NCBI GenBank assembly: GCA_963664705.1
Contig: OY761556.1
Span: 5,376,001-5,440,000 of the forward strand
Reading direction: 5' to 3'
Length of the DNA: 64,000 bases
DNA from: Acidobacteriota bacterium
GTDB lineage: Bacteria > Acidobacteriota > UBA6911
Below, piece after piece: positions 18,495 through 28,507 of this stretch; position 1 is the stretch's first letter; every line of letters begins with the position of its first letter. The notes below the pieces were generated by a model that searched no databases, was not told the origin of the DNA, and worked only from the letters and a program-made list of their open reading frames with translations. The position numbers and the translations under genes were made by a program.

Positions 18495-20605
18495 CCGGGG
18501 ATCAAAATTCCTTTAATCGACGAGAATTCGTCAAACTCCTGGGGCCCGGCCTTTACCTTTTGTTCTCGATAGATAACCTTCTGATAGCTGCGCAATCCGG
18601 TGGCCCGGCCGGGAGATATCCCGATGACTTCAATGCCTATTTGAGAATTGCCGAAGACGGGCACATCACATGCTTTGTCGGCAAAGTCGAGCTTGGACAA
18701 GGAATGATCACCTCCCTTGCGCAAATGCTGGCGGAAGAGCTCGAGGTTTCTTTTGAATCGATCAGTGTCGTATTTGGCGACACATTTCTCTGCCCATGGG
18801 ATGGCGGAACAAACGGATCGCGGAGTATTAAGTACCTTGGTCCTCCACTACGTGCAGCGGGCGCGGAAGCTCGAGAAGTTTTGCTTCAGATCGCATCCGA
18901 GCAGATGAATATTTCGCGTGACAAGCTTGTCGCCAAGGAAGGGATAATATTTGATAAGGAAAATCCTTCCCGAAGAGTTTCGTATGGTTCCCTGGCCAAG
19001 GGAAAGACGATCGAGCGTCATTTGGAAAAAAAGCCGGGTCTGAAGCCGGCCTCTGCTTTTGCAGTGTGTGGGAAATCAAAGCCGCGTGCCGATTTTATCG
19101 AGAAGGTTACGGGTAAAGCTCAATTCTCCGGGGACATCCGATTACCCAATATGCTGTATGGAAAGGTTCTGCGACCTCCGGCCCATGGTGCCAAACTAAG
19201 AAAGGCGGATTTGTCGGCAACAAAGAGCGTTAAGGACGCGATGGTTTTTCAGGACAATGATTTTATTGGAGTGGTTCATCCGCTTCCTGACGTTGCCGAA
19301 AAGGTGATTGCGCTCATCAAGGCTGAGTATGAATTGCCGGAAGCCAAAAGCAACGACGGAAATATCCACGAGCTGATTCTGAACACGACAGCAAAAGACA
19401 ACGCCGTGGAACAGAAGGGAGATATTGCCCAAGGCCTTAAAACTGCCGTTGTGACCTTTGAAGAAACATATCTTACGCCTTATGTTGCGCATGCCCCTAC
19501 GGAAACGCATAGCGCGGTCGCGGATGTGAAAAGAGATGAAGCGCTTATTTACGTCGGGACGCAAAGGCCGTTTGGCGCGAACGAAGAAATCGGAAGGGCA
19601 ATCGGGCTGCCTTCAAATAGGGTGCGTGTGATCACGCCCTATGTGGGTGGAGGATTTGGAGGGAAAAGTCAGGTCGGACAGGCAGTCCAGGCCGCGCGGC
19701 TTTCGAAGATGTGCGGACATCCGGTTCAAGTCGTCTGGTCCCGGGAGGAGGAATTTTTCTACGATAGCTTTCAGCCGGCGGCGGTAGTTCAGATTGGCTC
19801 GGGCCTGGATCAATACAACCGAATCACCTTTTGGGATTATCGTGTGTTCTTTGCGGGCGATCGGAGTTCGCAAAATATTTACAAAGTTCCTAACCTGAGA
19901 ACGCTTGCGCGCGGACAGGGCTTTGGAGGCGGCGGACCCCATCCCTTCCCGACGGGTGCCTGGCGCGGGCCGGGAAGCAATAGCAATATCTTTGCTCGTG
20001 AATCGCATATGGATGTCATGGCGGCAAAAGTGGGCGCCGATCCTTTGGAATTCCGGCTCAGGAATCTTGCCGATGAGAGAATGGCCCGCGTTATCAAGGC
20101 GGGAGCGGAAAAGTTCGGCTGGAGAACCGGCAAGGGGCAGGGGGGGCATGGCCAGGGGATGGTCTGTCTCGATTACCTGGGCACCTATGTTGCCGCCTTT
20201 GTCGAACTCTATGCGGAGAGGGACGACAGGATTCGAGTGGAAAGAATCGTTCACGCACAGGATATGGGACCCGTTATCAATCCCGAAGGAGCTCGTATGC
20301 AAATAGAAGGTGCCATTACCATGGGACTCGGATATTGCCTGAGCGAGGAAATTCACTTCAGAGGCGGCGAAGTCCTTGATTTGGATTTCAGCGCTTATGC
20401 GATCCCGCGTTTTTCGTGGGTACCCAAAATTGAGACGGTACTCGTGGAAAACCTTGATATTGCCCCTTCGGGCGGAGGAGAACCGCCGATAGTCGGGATG
20501 GGTGCGCTCCTGGCCAATGGTTTTTTTGATGCGACCGGAATCCGGATGAACAGGCTTCCTCTGACTCCGGAAAATATCCGCAAAAGGCGCGTTGTCCAAA
20601 AATAG
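18491..20605 (+). CDS. Molybdopterin-binding subunit, isoquinoline 1-oxidoreductase beta (IorB)-like, with twin-arginine signal
   Basis: FNRREFVK Tat motif, GKVELGQG, AEELEV, GGGFGGK, WRGPG, QIEGAI, GGGEPP; ATGA overlap with the 2Fe-2S gene. Confidence 0.9.
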   Translation: MTGDQNSFNRREFVKLLGPGLYLLFSIDNLLIAAQSGGPAGRYPDDFNAYLRIAEDGHITCFVGKVELGQGMITSLAQMLAEELEVSFESISVVFGDTFLCPWDGGTNGSRSIKYLGPPLRAAGAEAREVLLQIASEQMNISRDKLVAKEGIIFDKENPSRRVSYGSLAKGKTIERHLEKKPGLKPASAFAVCGKSKPRADFIEKVTGKAQFSGDIRLPNMLYGKVLRPPAHGAKLRKADLSATKSVKDAMVFQDNDFIGVVHPLPDVAEKVIALIKAEYELPEAKSNDGNIHELILNTTAKDNAVEQKGDIAQGLKTAVVTFEETYLTPYVAHAPTETHSAVADVKRDEALIYVGTQRPFGANEEIGRAIGLPSNRVRVITPYVGGGFGGKSQVGQAVQAARLSKMCGHPVQVVWSREEEFFYDSFQPAAVVQIGSGLDQYNRITFWDYRVFFAGDRSSQNIYKVPNLRTLARGQGFGGGGPHPFPTGAWRGPGSNSNIFARESHMDVMAAKVGADPLEFRLRNLADERMARVIKAGAEKFGWRTGKGQGGHGQGMVCLDYLGTYVAAFVELYAERDDRIRVERIVHAQDMGPVINPEGARMQIEGAITMGLGYCLSEEIHFRGGEVLDLDFSAYAIPRFSWVPKIETVLVENLDIAPSGGGEPPIVGMGALLANGFFDATGIRMNRLPLTPENIRKRRVVQK

Positions 20606-20637
20606 CAAAAAGCCGGTTAGGGGAAAGCGTCGGAAGA

Positions 20638-21306
20638 GTGAGCGTTTTGGATCGGGTTAAATTTAGTATTATTTCCTGTTTGGGATACTGGGTTATTCGT
20701 CTGATCTGTTCCACCCTGCGTTGGCAGGCTGTCGAAATTCAAAATATCAAGGCACTTCACCAAAACGGCATACGACTGATTCTGACCTTTTGGCACGGAA
20801 GGATCATTCCCGCGACGTATTACTTCCGAAATCAGGGAATCGTCGTTATGACAAGCCGAAATCGTGATGGCGAGTATATTGCCCGCGTAATTCAAAAGTT
20901 CGGATACCAGGCTGCCCGCGGTTCCAGCTCGCGAGGAAGTCATGCTGCCACCATAGAGTGCCTGCGTGAAATGCGAAATGGAAAGGATGTTGGTCTTACT
21001 ATTGACGGTCCACGCGGTCCAAGATATGTGGCCAAACCGGGAGCCGCATACATGGCCAGGAAAAGCGGCAACCCTGTCTATCCCTTCAGCGTTTCCCTTG
21101 AAAAAAAATGGATCATGCGAAGTTGGGATCATTTTCAAATACCAAAACCCTTTTCCAGGGCTGTTTTGCTTTCTGCAGACCCAATTTATGTCAATGCCGA
21201 TGCTTCTTCAGAGAGAATCAGTGACGCAGAAAAGGAGATTCAACGAGCACTGGATCAACTGGTAATACGGGGAGACACATGGTGGGGCGGTGACGCGGAC
21301 CGGTAA
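20638..21306 (+). CDS. DUF374 lysophospholipid acyltransferase-family protein
   Basis: FWHGR, SRNRDGE, RGSSSRG, TIDGPRGP, SWDHFQIPKPFS. Confidence 0.88.
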   Translation: MSVLDRVKFSIISCLGYWVIRLICSTLRWQAVEIQNIKALHQNGIRLILTFWHGRIIPATYYFRNQGIVVMTSRNRDGEYIARVIQKFGYQAARGSSSRGSHAATIECLREMRNGKDVGLTIDGPRGPRYVAKPGAAYMARKSGNPVYPFSVSLEKKWIMRSWDHFQIPKPFSRAVLLSADPIYVNADASSERISDAEKEIQRALDQLVIRGDTWWGGDADR

Positions 21307-21327
21307 AGCTGAGAGTCAGGACAGAGC

Positions 21328-21678
21328 CTAGAAGATTCCCAGTTGCAGCTTGCCGGCTTCAGAGATCATCTCGGGATTCCAGGGCGGATCCCAGACAAGA
21401 ACTACCTTTGCCGATTTCACTCCATCGATTTCCTTTACTCTGTTTTGAACTTCAATCGGCAGCGAGCCGGCAACAGGACAACCGGGGCTCGTGAGCGTCA
21501 TCTGAATAATCACCTTATCCGGATTTGCATCGATATCGTAAATCAAGCCCAGTTCATAGATATTCACAGGAATTTCGGGATCGTAGATGTCCCGCAGAGC
21601 GTCGATTACCTGCTCTTCCAGGCTCAGGGAAGAAGGAGCTTTTGGCGCGTGATTTTCCTTTTTCTTCTTGAAGATCAT
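21328..21678 (-). CDS. sufT: DUF59 Fe-S cluster assembly factor
   Basis: IYDPEIPVNIYELGLIY, MTLTSPGCP, VWDPPW. Confidence 0.92.
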   Translation of the reverse strand: MIFKKKKENHAPKAPSSLSLEEQVIDALRDIYDPEIPVNIYELGLIYDIDANPDKVIIQMTLTSPGCPVAGSLPIEVQNRVKEIDGVKSAKVVLVWDPPWNPEMISEAGKLQLGIF

Positions 21679-21681
21679 GGA

Positions 21682-22134
21682 CTACTCCGTGGCGACCGTT
21701 TCTTGGATTTCTTCGAGAGCAGCGCGCATGGTGTGCCAGGCAAGCGTCGCACACTTCACTCGCACCGGATATTCACGAACCCCAGAAAATACCGCTAGTT
21801 TTCCCATGGTTGCGGGATCCACCGGCGATTCGGAGTGATTGGTCACAAGCTGATGGAATCGTTCGAATATGGCTTTGACTTCGACCTCGGATTTGCCTTT
21901 AAGGCTTTCAGTCATCATTGATGCAGAGGCCGTGGAAATAGCACAGCCGGCGCCTACAAATGCAATATCCTTTACGATTCCATTTTCTACATGCATATAG
22001 ACGCTAAGCTTGTCGCCGCAGAGGGGGTTATAACCATCGGCCTGCCGGTTCGCATGCTCGAGCTTGTGAAAATTGCGGGGCTTTTTATGATGATCCAGGA
22101 TAACTTCCTGGTATAAATCACGCAAATCGGCCAT
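21682..22134 (-). CDS. sufU: SUF NifU-family protein
   Basis: LYQEVILDH, NPLCGD, GCAISTASAS, RVKCATLAWH. Confidence 0.94.
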   Translation of the reverse strand: MADLRDLYQEVILDHHKKPRNFHKLEHANRQADGYNPLCGDKLSVYMHVENGIVKDIAFVGAGCAISTASASMMTESLKGKSEVEVKAIFERFHQLVTNHSESPVDPATMGKLAVFSGVREYPVRVKCATLAWHTMRAALEEIQETVATE

Positions 22135-23393
22135 TAGCGGAATACCTCTTGTACCTTTCTGAGACCATTGACAAGTGCCTCAATATCCTCTCGCGTATTG
22201 TATATGCCCAAAGAAGCCCGGGCGGTGGCCGGAATCCCATAGAAATCCATCACCGGTTGAGCGCAATGATGGCCGGTTCGGATCGCAATTCCCTCTTTAT
22301 CTAAAATGGTTCCGATATCGTGCGGGTGAATTCCCTCGAGCACAAATGAAAGAACGCTCGCTTTTTCAGCTGCGGTACCAATAAGGCGAAGGGCATCGAT
22401 GGATTCGAGGGCTACCGTGCCGAAGTGAAGGAGATCCTGTTCGTGCCGGGATATATTCGACAGGCCGATAGATTGCAGATAATCCACGGCTGCGCCAAGG
22501 CCGATACCGCCGGCTACATTTGGCGTTCCAGCCTCAAATTTGTAGGGCAGCTTGTTAAATAGGGTTTTCGCAAAGGTTACGGAACTGATCATATCCCCTC
22601 CACCCTGGTAGGGTGGCATGGATTCCAATATTCGCTCTTTTGCATAAAGAACCCCGACGCCGGTTGGACCATACATTTTGTGTCCGGAAAAGACAAGAAA
22701 ATCGCAGTCCAGGGCCTGGACATCCATCCGCATATGCTGAATAGCCTGGGCAGCATCCACCAGCACGGGAATATTGCGTTCATGAGCCAGGCGAATTATC
22801 TCAGGAACTGGATTGACCGTGCCAAGAGCATTAGATACAGCCGTCACTGCAACCAGGCGTGTACTGGGCAAGAGAAGGCGTTCGAATTCTTGAAATACAA
22901 GCTCGCCCGCTGCGTTTATGGGAACCACCGAAAGGCTGGCTCCCTTTTCCTCGCAAAGGAGTTGCCAGGGGACGATGTTGGAATGATGCTCCATGCCGGT
23001 GATGAGAATGTGATCTCCCGGGGCAACGTGTGTTCGGCCGTATGTTTGAGCTACCAGGTTGATCGCTTCTGTAGTTCCGCGAACAAAAATAATTTCATGG
23101 GAGGAGCGGGCATTGACGAAATTGCGCAATTTATCTCGGCTGGCCTCATAAGATTCCGTTGCGCGTTCGCTGAGAAAGTGCACACCGCGGTGGATGTTGG
23201 CACACTCCATAGTATAAAAACGCATCAGGGCATCGAGCACTATCTGAGGTTTTTGTGTCGTTGCGGCATTATCAAGATAGACAAGCGATTTGCCATAAAT
23301 GGGTTCGCGAAAAATTGGGAAATCAGAGCGTATCTTGTGGACATCGAAAGTGCTCGGAAGCGTTTCCATTTGATTAACTGTCATCGTGGTCAT
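22134..23393 (-). CDS. sufS: Cysteine desulfurase
   Basis: YLDNAATTQKP, EHHSNIVPW, SGHKMYGPTG, RTGHHCAQP. Start is at 23393 or 23384. Confidence 0.95.
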   Translation of the reverse strand: MTTMTVNQMETLPSTFDVHKIRSDFPIFREPIYGKSLVYLDNAATTQKPQIVLDALMRFYTMECANIHRGVHFLSERATESYEASRDKLRNFVNARSSHEIIFVRGTTEAINLVAQTYGRTHVAPGDHILITGMEHHSNIVPWQLLCEEKGASLSVVPINAAGELVFQEFERLLLPSTRLVAVTAVSNALGTVNPVPEIIRLAHERNIPVLVDAAQAIQHMRMDVQALDCDFLVFSGHKMYGPTGVGVLYAKERILESMPPYQGGGDMISSVTFAKTLFNKLPYKFEAGTPNVAGGIGLGAAVDYLQSIGLSNISRHEQDLLHFGTVALESIDALRLIGTAAEKASVLSFVLEGIHPHDIGTILDKEGIAIRTGHHCAQPVMDFYGIPATARASLGIYNTREDIEALVNGLRKVQEVFR

Positions 23394-23435
23394 TCCATAT
23401 AAAGACTTCAAAAAGCAAAGCGTTATATCCGGCAA

Positions 23436-24761
23436 CTATTGCGATCTCGCCAGGCGGTTTAGAAGCACAAGATCAATCTGGCATTGAATCGGCTTTATTT
23501 TTACCGTCGAAAGCAGCTCGGTTGCAAAAGCATAGGTCAAAAGTGTCCTCGCGGCATTGCGTTCAATTCCGCGCGATCGGAGATAGAAAAGCTCATCTTC
23601 ATTGAGTTGGCCGATGGTCGCACCGTGCGTGCATTTGACATCGTCGGCCAGAATCTCGAGCTGGGGAGCTGTATTGATAGTCGAGTTTTTGGAGAGAAGA
23701 AGATTTTTATTCGCCTGGCGGGCATTGGTTTTTTGGGCGTCCTTTCGCACAATGATCCTCCCATTGAAAACTGCGCTGGAGGAGTCGTCAAGAATGCCCT
23801 TATATAGCTCGCGGCTTGTGCAGTTGGGCTTTGTGTGATCAATCGAAGTGTGATGATCCACGTGCTGTTCGCCTTTTGCGACATAAAGACCGTTCAGATC
23901 GCAGGAGGCCCCGTTTCCGTCAAGGGTGACATCAAGGCTGGATCGCACGAGTGACCCGCCCAGTGACAGGGAATGTGAAATGTAGTTACTATCCTTTGCC
24001 TGGGTCACGCGTGTGCTGGATATGTGAAAGGCGATATCGCTTTCTCTCTGAAGACGATAGTGGTCGACACTCGAATTTGTACCGACAGATATATCGGTAA
24101 CACTGTTGGTAAAGTACTGAGAAGCTCCAAGGCCGGCATAGCTCTCGACAATGCTGACCTGGCTGTTATTTTCTACTAATACGAGATTGCGGGGAGTCGC
24201 AAATGCGGGGTCCGGATGGCTTGTCGATAAAAAGAGCAAGTGGATTGGGTCCTTAATGCAGGTGCCCGAGGGGATATAGACAAAAGCGCCGTCGGACATA
24301 AACGCCGTATTGAGGGCAATAAAGGCGTTGTTTTGATAGCCGGCAGAATTGTCTAAGGTCGGTTTCACGAGATCGGACGTATGGGTCAGGGCCTCCGCAA
24401 GGCTGCACATCTGAACACCTTTAGGCAGATACTTCACGGTTGAGAGGCTTTCAGAGTAGAAACCATTGAGAAAGACGATCTGGGTGCAGCGTGCTTCGCA
24501 TACGGTATAGGGAGAAATGTCGGATATGGTTAGGCGGTTCAGTGAGGGATTGGCCGGCTTAAATGGTATTTTGGAAATTGGAGCTACATTTGTGAACCGC
24601 CAGGCTTCCTGGCGTGTGGTCGGGAACCCCTGCCGCAGGAAGCTGGAGAGAGCGTCCTGGCGAAGGGAATGCAGCCAGCAATCATTTTCAGGATGCAGGC
24701 GTTGCATAAGCTGATCAAAGGCGGTGACATATCCGTTTGTATCCTGCAGTAAGTCGTTCAT
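23436..24761 (-). CDS. sufD: Fe-S cluster assembly protein SufD
   Basis: EAWRFT, PQLEILADDVKCTHGAT, LFYLRSRGI. Confidence 0.95.
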   Translation of the reverse strand: MNDLLQDTNGYVTAFDQLMQRLHPENDCWLHSLRQDALSSFLRQGFPTTRQEAWRFTNVAPISKIPFKPANPSLNRLTISDISPYTVCEARCTQIVFLNGFYSESLSTVKYLPKGVQMCSLAEALTHTSDLVKPTLDNSAGYQNNAFIALNTAFMSDGAFVYIPSGTCIKDPIHLLFLSTSHPDPAFATPRNLVLVENNSQVSIVESYAGLGASQYFTNSVTDISVGTNSSVDHYRLQRESDIAFHISSTRVTQAKDSNYISHSLSLGGSLVRSSLDVTLDGNGASCDLNGLYVAKGEQHVDHHTSIDHTKPNCTSRELYKGILDDSSSAVFNGRIIVRKDAQKTNARQANKNLLLSKNSTINTAPQLEILADDVKCTHGATIGQLNEDELFYLRSRGIERNAARTLLTYAFATELLSTVKIKPIQCQIDLVLLNRLARSQ

Positions 24762-24768
24762 TAAATCC

Positions 24769-25539
24769 TCAGGAGTTTACTGCCTCATTTTTTGAAAGCT
24801 CTTCTTCTACCCACGAGTAGCCCTTTTCTTCCAGCTGGAGAGCCAAATCTTTTCCTCCCGATTTGACGATGCGTCCATCGAGAAGAACATGGACATAGTC
24901 GGGAACGATGTAATTCAGAAGGCGCTGGTAGTGAGTGACCAGAATCATGGCGCGATCCTGGCGGCGGAGCGCATTTACCCCTTTCGCAACAATACGCAGG
25001 GCATCGATATCCAGTCCTGAATCGGTTTCATCAAGAATTGCCAGCTTGGGTTCCAGGACGGCCATCTGGAAAATTTCGTTTCGCTTCTTTTCACCGCCGG
25101 AGAAGCCCTCATTCACTGCCCGATTCATCAGGCTCTCATCCATTTCAACCAGCTTCATCTTCTCTTTTGCATACACGAGAAAGTCCATCGCATCCATTTC
25201 CTCAAGACCGGAATACTTGCGGATGGAATTCAATGCGGTTTTAAGAAAATACATATTGCTGACGCCGGGAATTTCAACCGGATACTGGAAACCAAGAAAA
25301 ATGCCTTTGCGGGCGCGATCTTCGGGGAGCATGGATAGAAGATCTTCAGAAAGATAGGTGGCGGTTCCTTTTGCCACCAGGTAGCCTTCCCTGCCGGCGA
25401 GAACTTTTGCCAAGGTGCTTTTTCCTGAGCCGTTCGGACCCATGATTGCGTGTACTTCCCCGGGATTGACCTGCATGTCAATGCCATGAAGAATTTCCCT
25501 GCCATCAATACCAGCGTGCAAATCTTTGATTTCTAGCAT
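24769..25539 (-). CDS. sufC: Fe-S cluster assembly ATPase
   Basis: GPNGSGKST, FQYPVEIPGV, GFSGGEKKRNE, LDETDSGLD; AGGAG RBS before ATG 25539. Confidence 0.96.
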   Translation of the reverse strand: MLEIKDLHAGIDGREILHGIDMQVNPGEVHAIMGPNGSGKSTLAKVLAGREGYLVAKGTATYLSEDLLSMLPEDRARKGIFLGFQYPVEIPGVSNMYFLKTALNSIRKYSGLEEMDAMDFLVYAKEKMKLVEMDESLMNRAVNEGFSGGEKKRNEIFQMAVLEPKLAILDETDSGLDIDALRIVAKGVNALRRQDRAMILVTHYQRLLNYIVPDYVHVLLDGRIVKSGGKDLALQLEEKGYSWVEEELSKNEAVNS

Positions 25540-25603
25540 TCTTTCTCCTGACGACAAAACAGGTGAAAACCGGTTTGTCCGCGTCGGGCCTATTTGGTAT
25601 GAA

Positions 25604-27046
25604 TCAGCCGACGCTTCCCTCCAGACTCACTCCCAGCAGCTTTTGCGCTTCGACGGCAAATTCCATTGGAAGCTCACGAAATACCTCTTTGCAGAAACCG
25701 TTCACTATCATGGATACGGCGGCCTCCGAGGGAATACCTCGCTGCTGGCAATAAAACAGCTGATCCTCTCCGATTTTTGAGGTTGAGGCCTCATGCTCCA
25801 TCTGCGCAGTTGAATTCTTTACTTCGATATAGGGGAAGGTATGGGCGCCACATTTATCTCCGATGAGGAGAGAATCGCAGCGCGAATAATTGCGGGCGCC
25901 ATCGGCTTTCTTCATGATCTTGACCATTCCACGATAAGTATTTTGTCCGTGTCCGGCGGAAATTCCTTTCGATACTATAGTGCTTCGTGTGTTTTTACCC
26001 ATGTGAATCATCTTGGTGCCGGTATCGGCCTGCTGATAGTTGTTCGTCAGCGCTACCGAATAGAACTCACCTATCGAATGGTCACCCATGAGAATGCAGC
26101 TCGGATATTTCCAGGTTATGGCGGAACCGGTTTCGACCTGAGTCCAGGATATCTTGGAGTATGCACCTTTACACTTTCCGCGCTTGGTCACAAAGTTATA
26201 GATGCCACCACGTCCTTCCTTATCTCCTGGGTACCAGTTTTGAACGGTGGAATACTTGATTTGAGCATGGTCCATGGCTATGAGCTCAACGACGGCAGCG
26301 TGAAGCTGATTCTCATCGCGCCTGGGGGCAGTGCACCCCTCAAGGTAACTTACATAGCTCCCCTCCTCTGCAATTATGAGGGTACGTTCAAACTGTCCGG
26401 TGGAGGCTGCGTTGATTCTGAAATAGGTCGAGAGCTCCATGGGGCAGCGAACACCTTTGGGTATATAGCAAAAGGAACCATCTGTAAAAACAGCGGCATT
26501 CAGGGCGGAAAAGAAATTGTCGGTGTAAGGAACAACATCGCCGAGATATTGGCGTACGAGATCTGGATGGTTTTGAACGGCGTCTGAAAAGGAGCAAAAA
26601 ATGATGCCAAGTTCTGCAAGTTTTTCTTTAAAGGTTGTCGCCACAGAGATGCTGTCAAAGACCGCATCCACCGCTACGCCGGCGAGAAGTTCGCGTTCAC
26701 GCAGGGGAATTCCAAGTTTTTCATAGGTCGCAAGAAGCTCCGGATCTACTTCATCCAAGCTTTTGGGTTTCGACTTCATTTTCGGAGCTGAATAATAGCG
26801 GATCGCCTGATAATCAATCTTCGGGTAATGAACGTTAGCCCATGTGGGCTCCGTCATTGTCTGCCAATGGGTAAAAGCCTTTAGGCGCCATTTAAGCAAA
26901 AACTCCGGTTCATTTTTCTTCGCGGAGATTTGACGAATGATGTCTTCACTCAAGCCCGGGGGAACGGTGTCGGATTCGATATCCGTGACAAAACCGTACT
27001 TGTACTCCTGGCGAGTGAGTTCTTCGATATGGTTTGCCGTGCTCAT
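25604..27046 (-). CDS. sufB: Fe-S cluster assembly protein SufB
   Basis: [40 protein letters not shown]. Confidence 0.97.
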   Translation of the reverse strand: MSTANHIEELTRQEYKYGFVTDIESDTVPPGLSEDIIRQISAKKNEPEFLLKWRLKAFTHWQTMTEPTWANVHYPKIDYQAIRYYSAPKMKSKPKSLDEVDPELLATYEKLGIPLRERELLAGVAVDAVFDSISVATTFKEKLAELGIIFCSFSDAVQNHPDLVRQYLGDVVPYTDNFFSALNAAVFTDGSFCYIPKGVRCPMELSTYFRINAASTGQFERTLIIAEEGSYVSYLEGCTAPRRDENQLHAAVVELIAMDHAQIKYSTVQNWYPGDKEGRGGIYNFVTKRGKCKGAYSKISWTQVETGSAITWKYPSCILMGDHSIGEFYSVALTNNYQQADTGTKMIHMGKNTRSTIVSKGISAGHGQNTYRGMVKIMKKADGARNYSRCDSLLIGDKCGAHTFPYIEVKNSTAQMEHEASTSKIGEDQLFYCQQRGIPSEAAVSMIVNGFCKEVFRELPMEFAVEAQKLLGVSLEGSVG

Positions 27047-27074
27047 AGTATTTCAGCCCTTAAAGAAGCAAATT

Positions 27075-27533
27075 TCATGACTGCGTGCCTGCGCGCATAT
27101 CTGGAATATTTAGCTCGACGAGCGATGGGGGGAGGGGATGCGTCATTTGTGCCAGCGTAATTTTTTCTAGTGCGGAGTGAATTGCCTGATTGATGAGATG
27201 CCAATTGGTCTGAATCGGGCAATCTCCCTGCAGTCCACAGTCCCTTTTCGTATCCGAACATTGGGTAATGGCAATCGGTCCTTCCAGTGCACGAATTATC
27301 GAGGCTACGGTTATCTGCTCAGGGCGGCGAGCCAATCCATACCCGCCCTTAATTCCCCTTTGTGAAATCAGCAAGCCCGATCGACTCAGTAGTTTAAGTA
27401 CTTTACTTGCTATGGGTAATGGTAATCGTGCTACTCCGGCTATTCCTTTGGCTGTATATGTGTTCTCCGGGTTGGCTGCAAAATGCGTCAGCATAACAAT
27501 CCCATAATCTGCAAGTTTCGTTACTCGAAGCAT
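27075..27533 (-). CDS. Rrf2-family SUF system regulator
   Basis: MLRVTKLADYG, SQRGIKGGYGLAR, ALEGP, three C-terminal Cys; first gene of the suf operon. Confidence 0.92.
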   Translation of the reverse strand: MLRVTKLADYGIVMLTHFAANPENTYTAKGIAGVARLPLPIASKVLKLLSRSGLLISQRGIKGGYGLARRPEQITVASIIRALEGPIAITQCSDTKRDCGLQGDCPIQTNWHLINQAIHSALEKITLAQMTHPLPPSLVELNIPDMRAGTQS

Positions 27534-27565
27534 CGTATCCTTTCAGGGATGAAGTGCCGTAAACA

Positions 27566-27615
27566 GTACCAAAATGGTCCAAAATCAAAATAATACTGCA
27601 TCGGCTAGTTGTCAA
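27566..27615 (-). promoter_or_regulatory. suf promoter (TTGACA-N17-TATTTT) with candidate Rrf2 operator GTACCA-AAA-TGGTCC at 27566-27580
   Basis: -35 at 27615-27610, -10 at 27592-27587; the imperfect palindrome overlaps the expected start site. Confidence 0.65.
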
Positions 27616-27661
27616 TGAGGGCATTCGACCTGGCTTACAGAAGTGAGCGTGGTGATAACTC

Positions 27662-27690
27662 TTGCTTTTTTCGCTAGCAGTTTCTATGAT
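27662..27690 (+). promoter_or_regulatory. Sigma70 promoter of the rpmH operon
   Basis: TTGCTT-N17-TATGAT. Confidence 0.65.
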
Positions 27691-27739
27691 TTATGCTTTT
27701 GTTATTCAGTCTGAAGAAGATAGTGGAGAGATTCGCATA

Positions 27740-27886
27740 ATGAAAGGCAAAAGAACGTTTCAACCCAACAACGATAAGCGCAAGAAGGTACACGGCTTCA
27801 GAGAGCGGATGGCTACCAAGGGCGGCCGTCTGGTTCTTAAAAGAAGGCGCGCCAAAGGGCGTAAAAGGCTGACGGTGAGTGGTTAA
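27740..27886 (+). CDS. rpmH: 50S ribosomal protein L34
   Basis: [44 protein letters not shown]; GGAG RBS. Confidence 0.97.
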   Translation: MKGKRTFQPNNDKRKKVHGFRERMATKGGRLVLKRRRAKGRKRLTVSG

Positions 27887-28232
27887 TACGACCTCCGAGC
27901 AGTTTCCTCACAGAGTCCGAATTGTACGATCGGCGGACTATCGCATGCTATATCGGGAAGGCCGGCGGATCCAATCCGCAAGATTCGTTCTGTTCGGCCT
28001 CAGGAACAAAGTCGGTCATCATAGACTTGGACTGACAGTATCGAGAAAAGTAGGCGGGGCGGTGGTCCGGAATAGAATCAAGCGTCTTTTCCGGGAGATT
28101 TTTCGAAAATCTGCCCACGAAATCCCGAGCCAGTACGACATTGTAGTAAACGCAAGATCTGGCTGCGCCGGAGCCAGCTATGTTGAGTTGTGTGAAGAAT
28201 TCATTAGCACGGCGCGCCGGTTTTCAGGTTAA
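27879..28232 (+). CDS. rnpA: RNase P protein component
   Basis: [21 protein letters not shown] (RNR motif); synteny. Confidence 0.95.
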   Translation: MVNTTSEQFPHRVRIVRSADYRMLYREGRRIQSARFVLFGLRNKVGHHRLGLTVSRKVGGAVVRNRIKRLFREIFRKSAHEIPSQYDIVVNARSGCAGASYVELCEEFISTARRFSG

Positions 28233-28252
28233 GCGTCTCTGGGTAAAGAGAG

Positions 28253-28498
28253 ATGATTTCTGCTCTTGTCAGCCCGGTGTGCGAGAAATGCAGAGCTTTT
28301 GCTCTGTTCTTACTGCAGTGCTATAAGCGTTACATATCACCTTGCCTCCCCCATGCCTGTCGTTTTGAGCCGACCTGTTCGGTCTATATGTATGAAGCGA
28401 TCCGGAAATGGGGGTTGTGGAAGGGGTTTTTGCTAGGACTGAAACGACTGCTTAGATGTCACCCATTTTGCCAGGGGGGGATTGATCCGGTCCCTTAA
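28253..28498 (+). CDS. yidD: Membrane protein insertion efficiency factor
   Basis: [32 protein letters not shown]. Confidence 0.95.
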   Translation: MISALVSPVCEKCRAFALFLLQCYKRYISPCLPHACRFEPTCSVYMYEAIRKWGLWKGFLLGLKRLLRCHPFCQGGIDPVP

Positions 28499-28507
28499 GT
28501 CATTATT

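Noticed and set aside
27662-27739. N-terminal extensions from the ORF track for rpmH (also ctpA, sufS, tatA, STAS, the kinase and the amidohydrolase)
   Set aside because: The extensions run through promoter or RBS sequence; downstream ATGs fit family lengths
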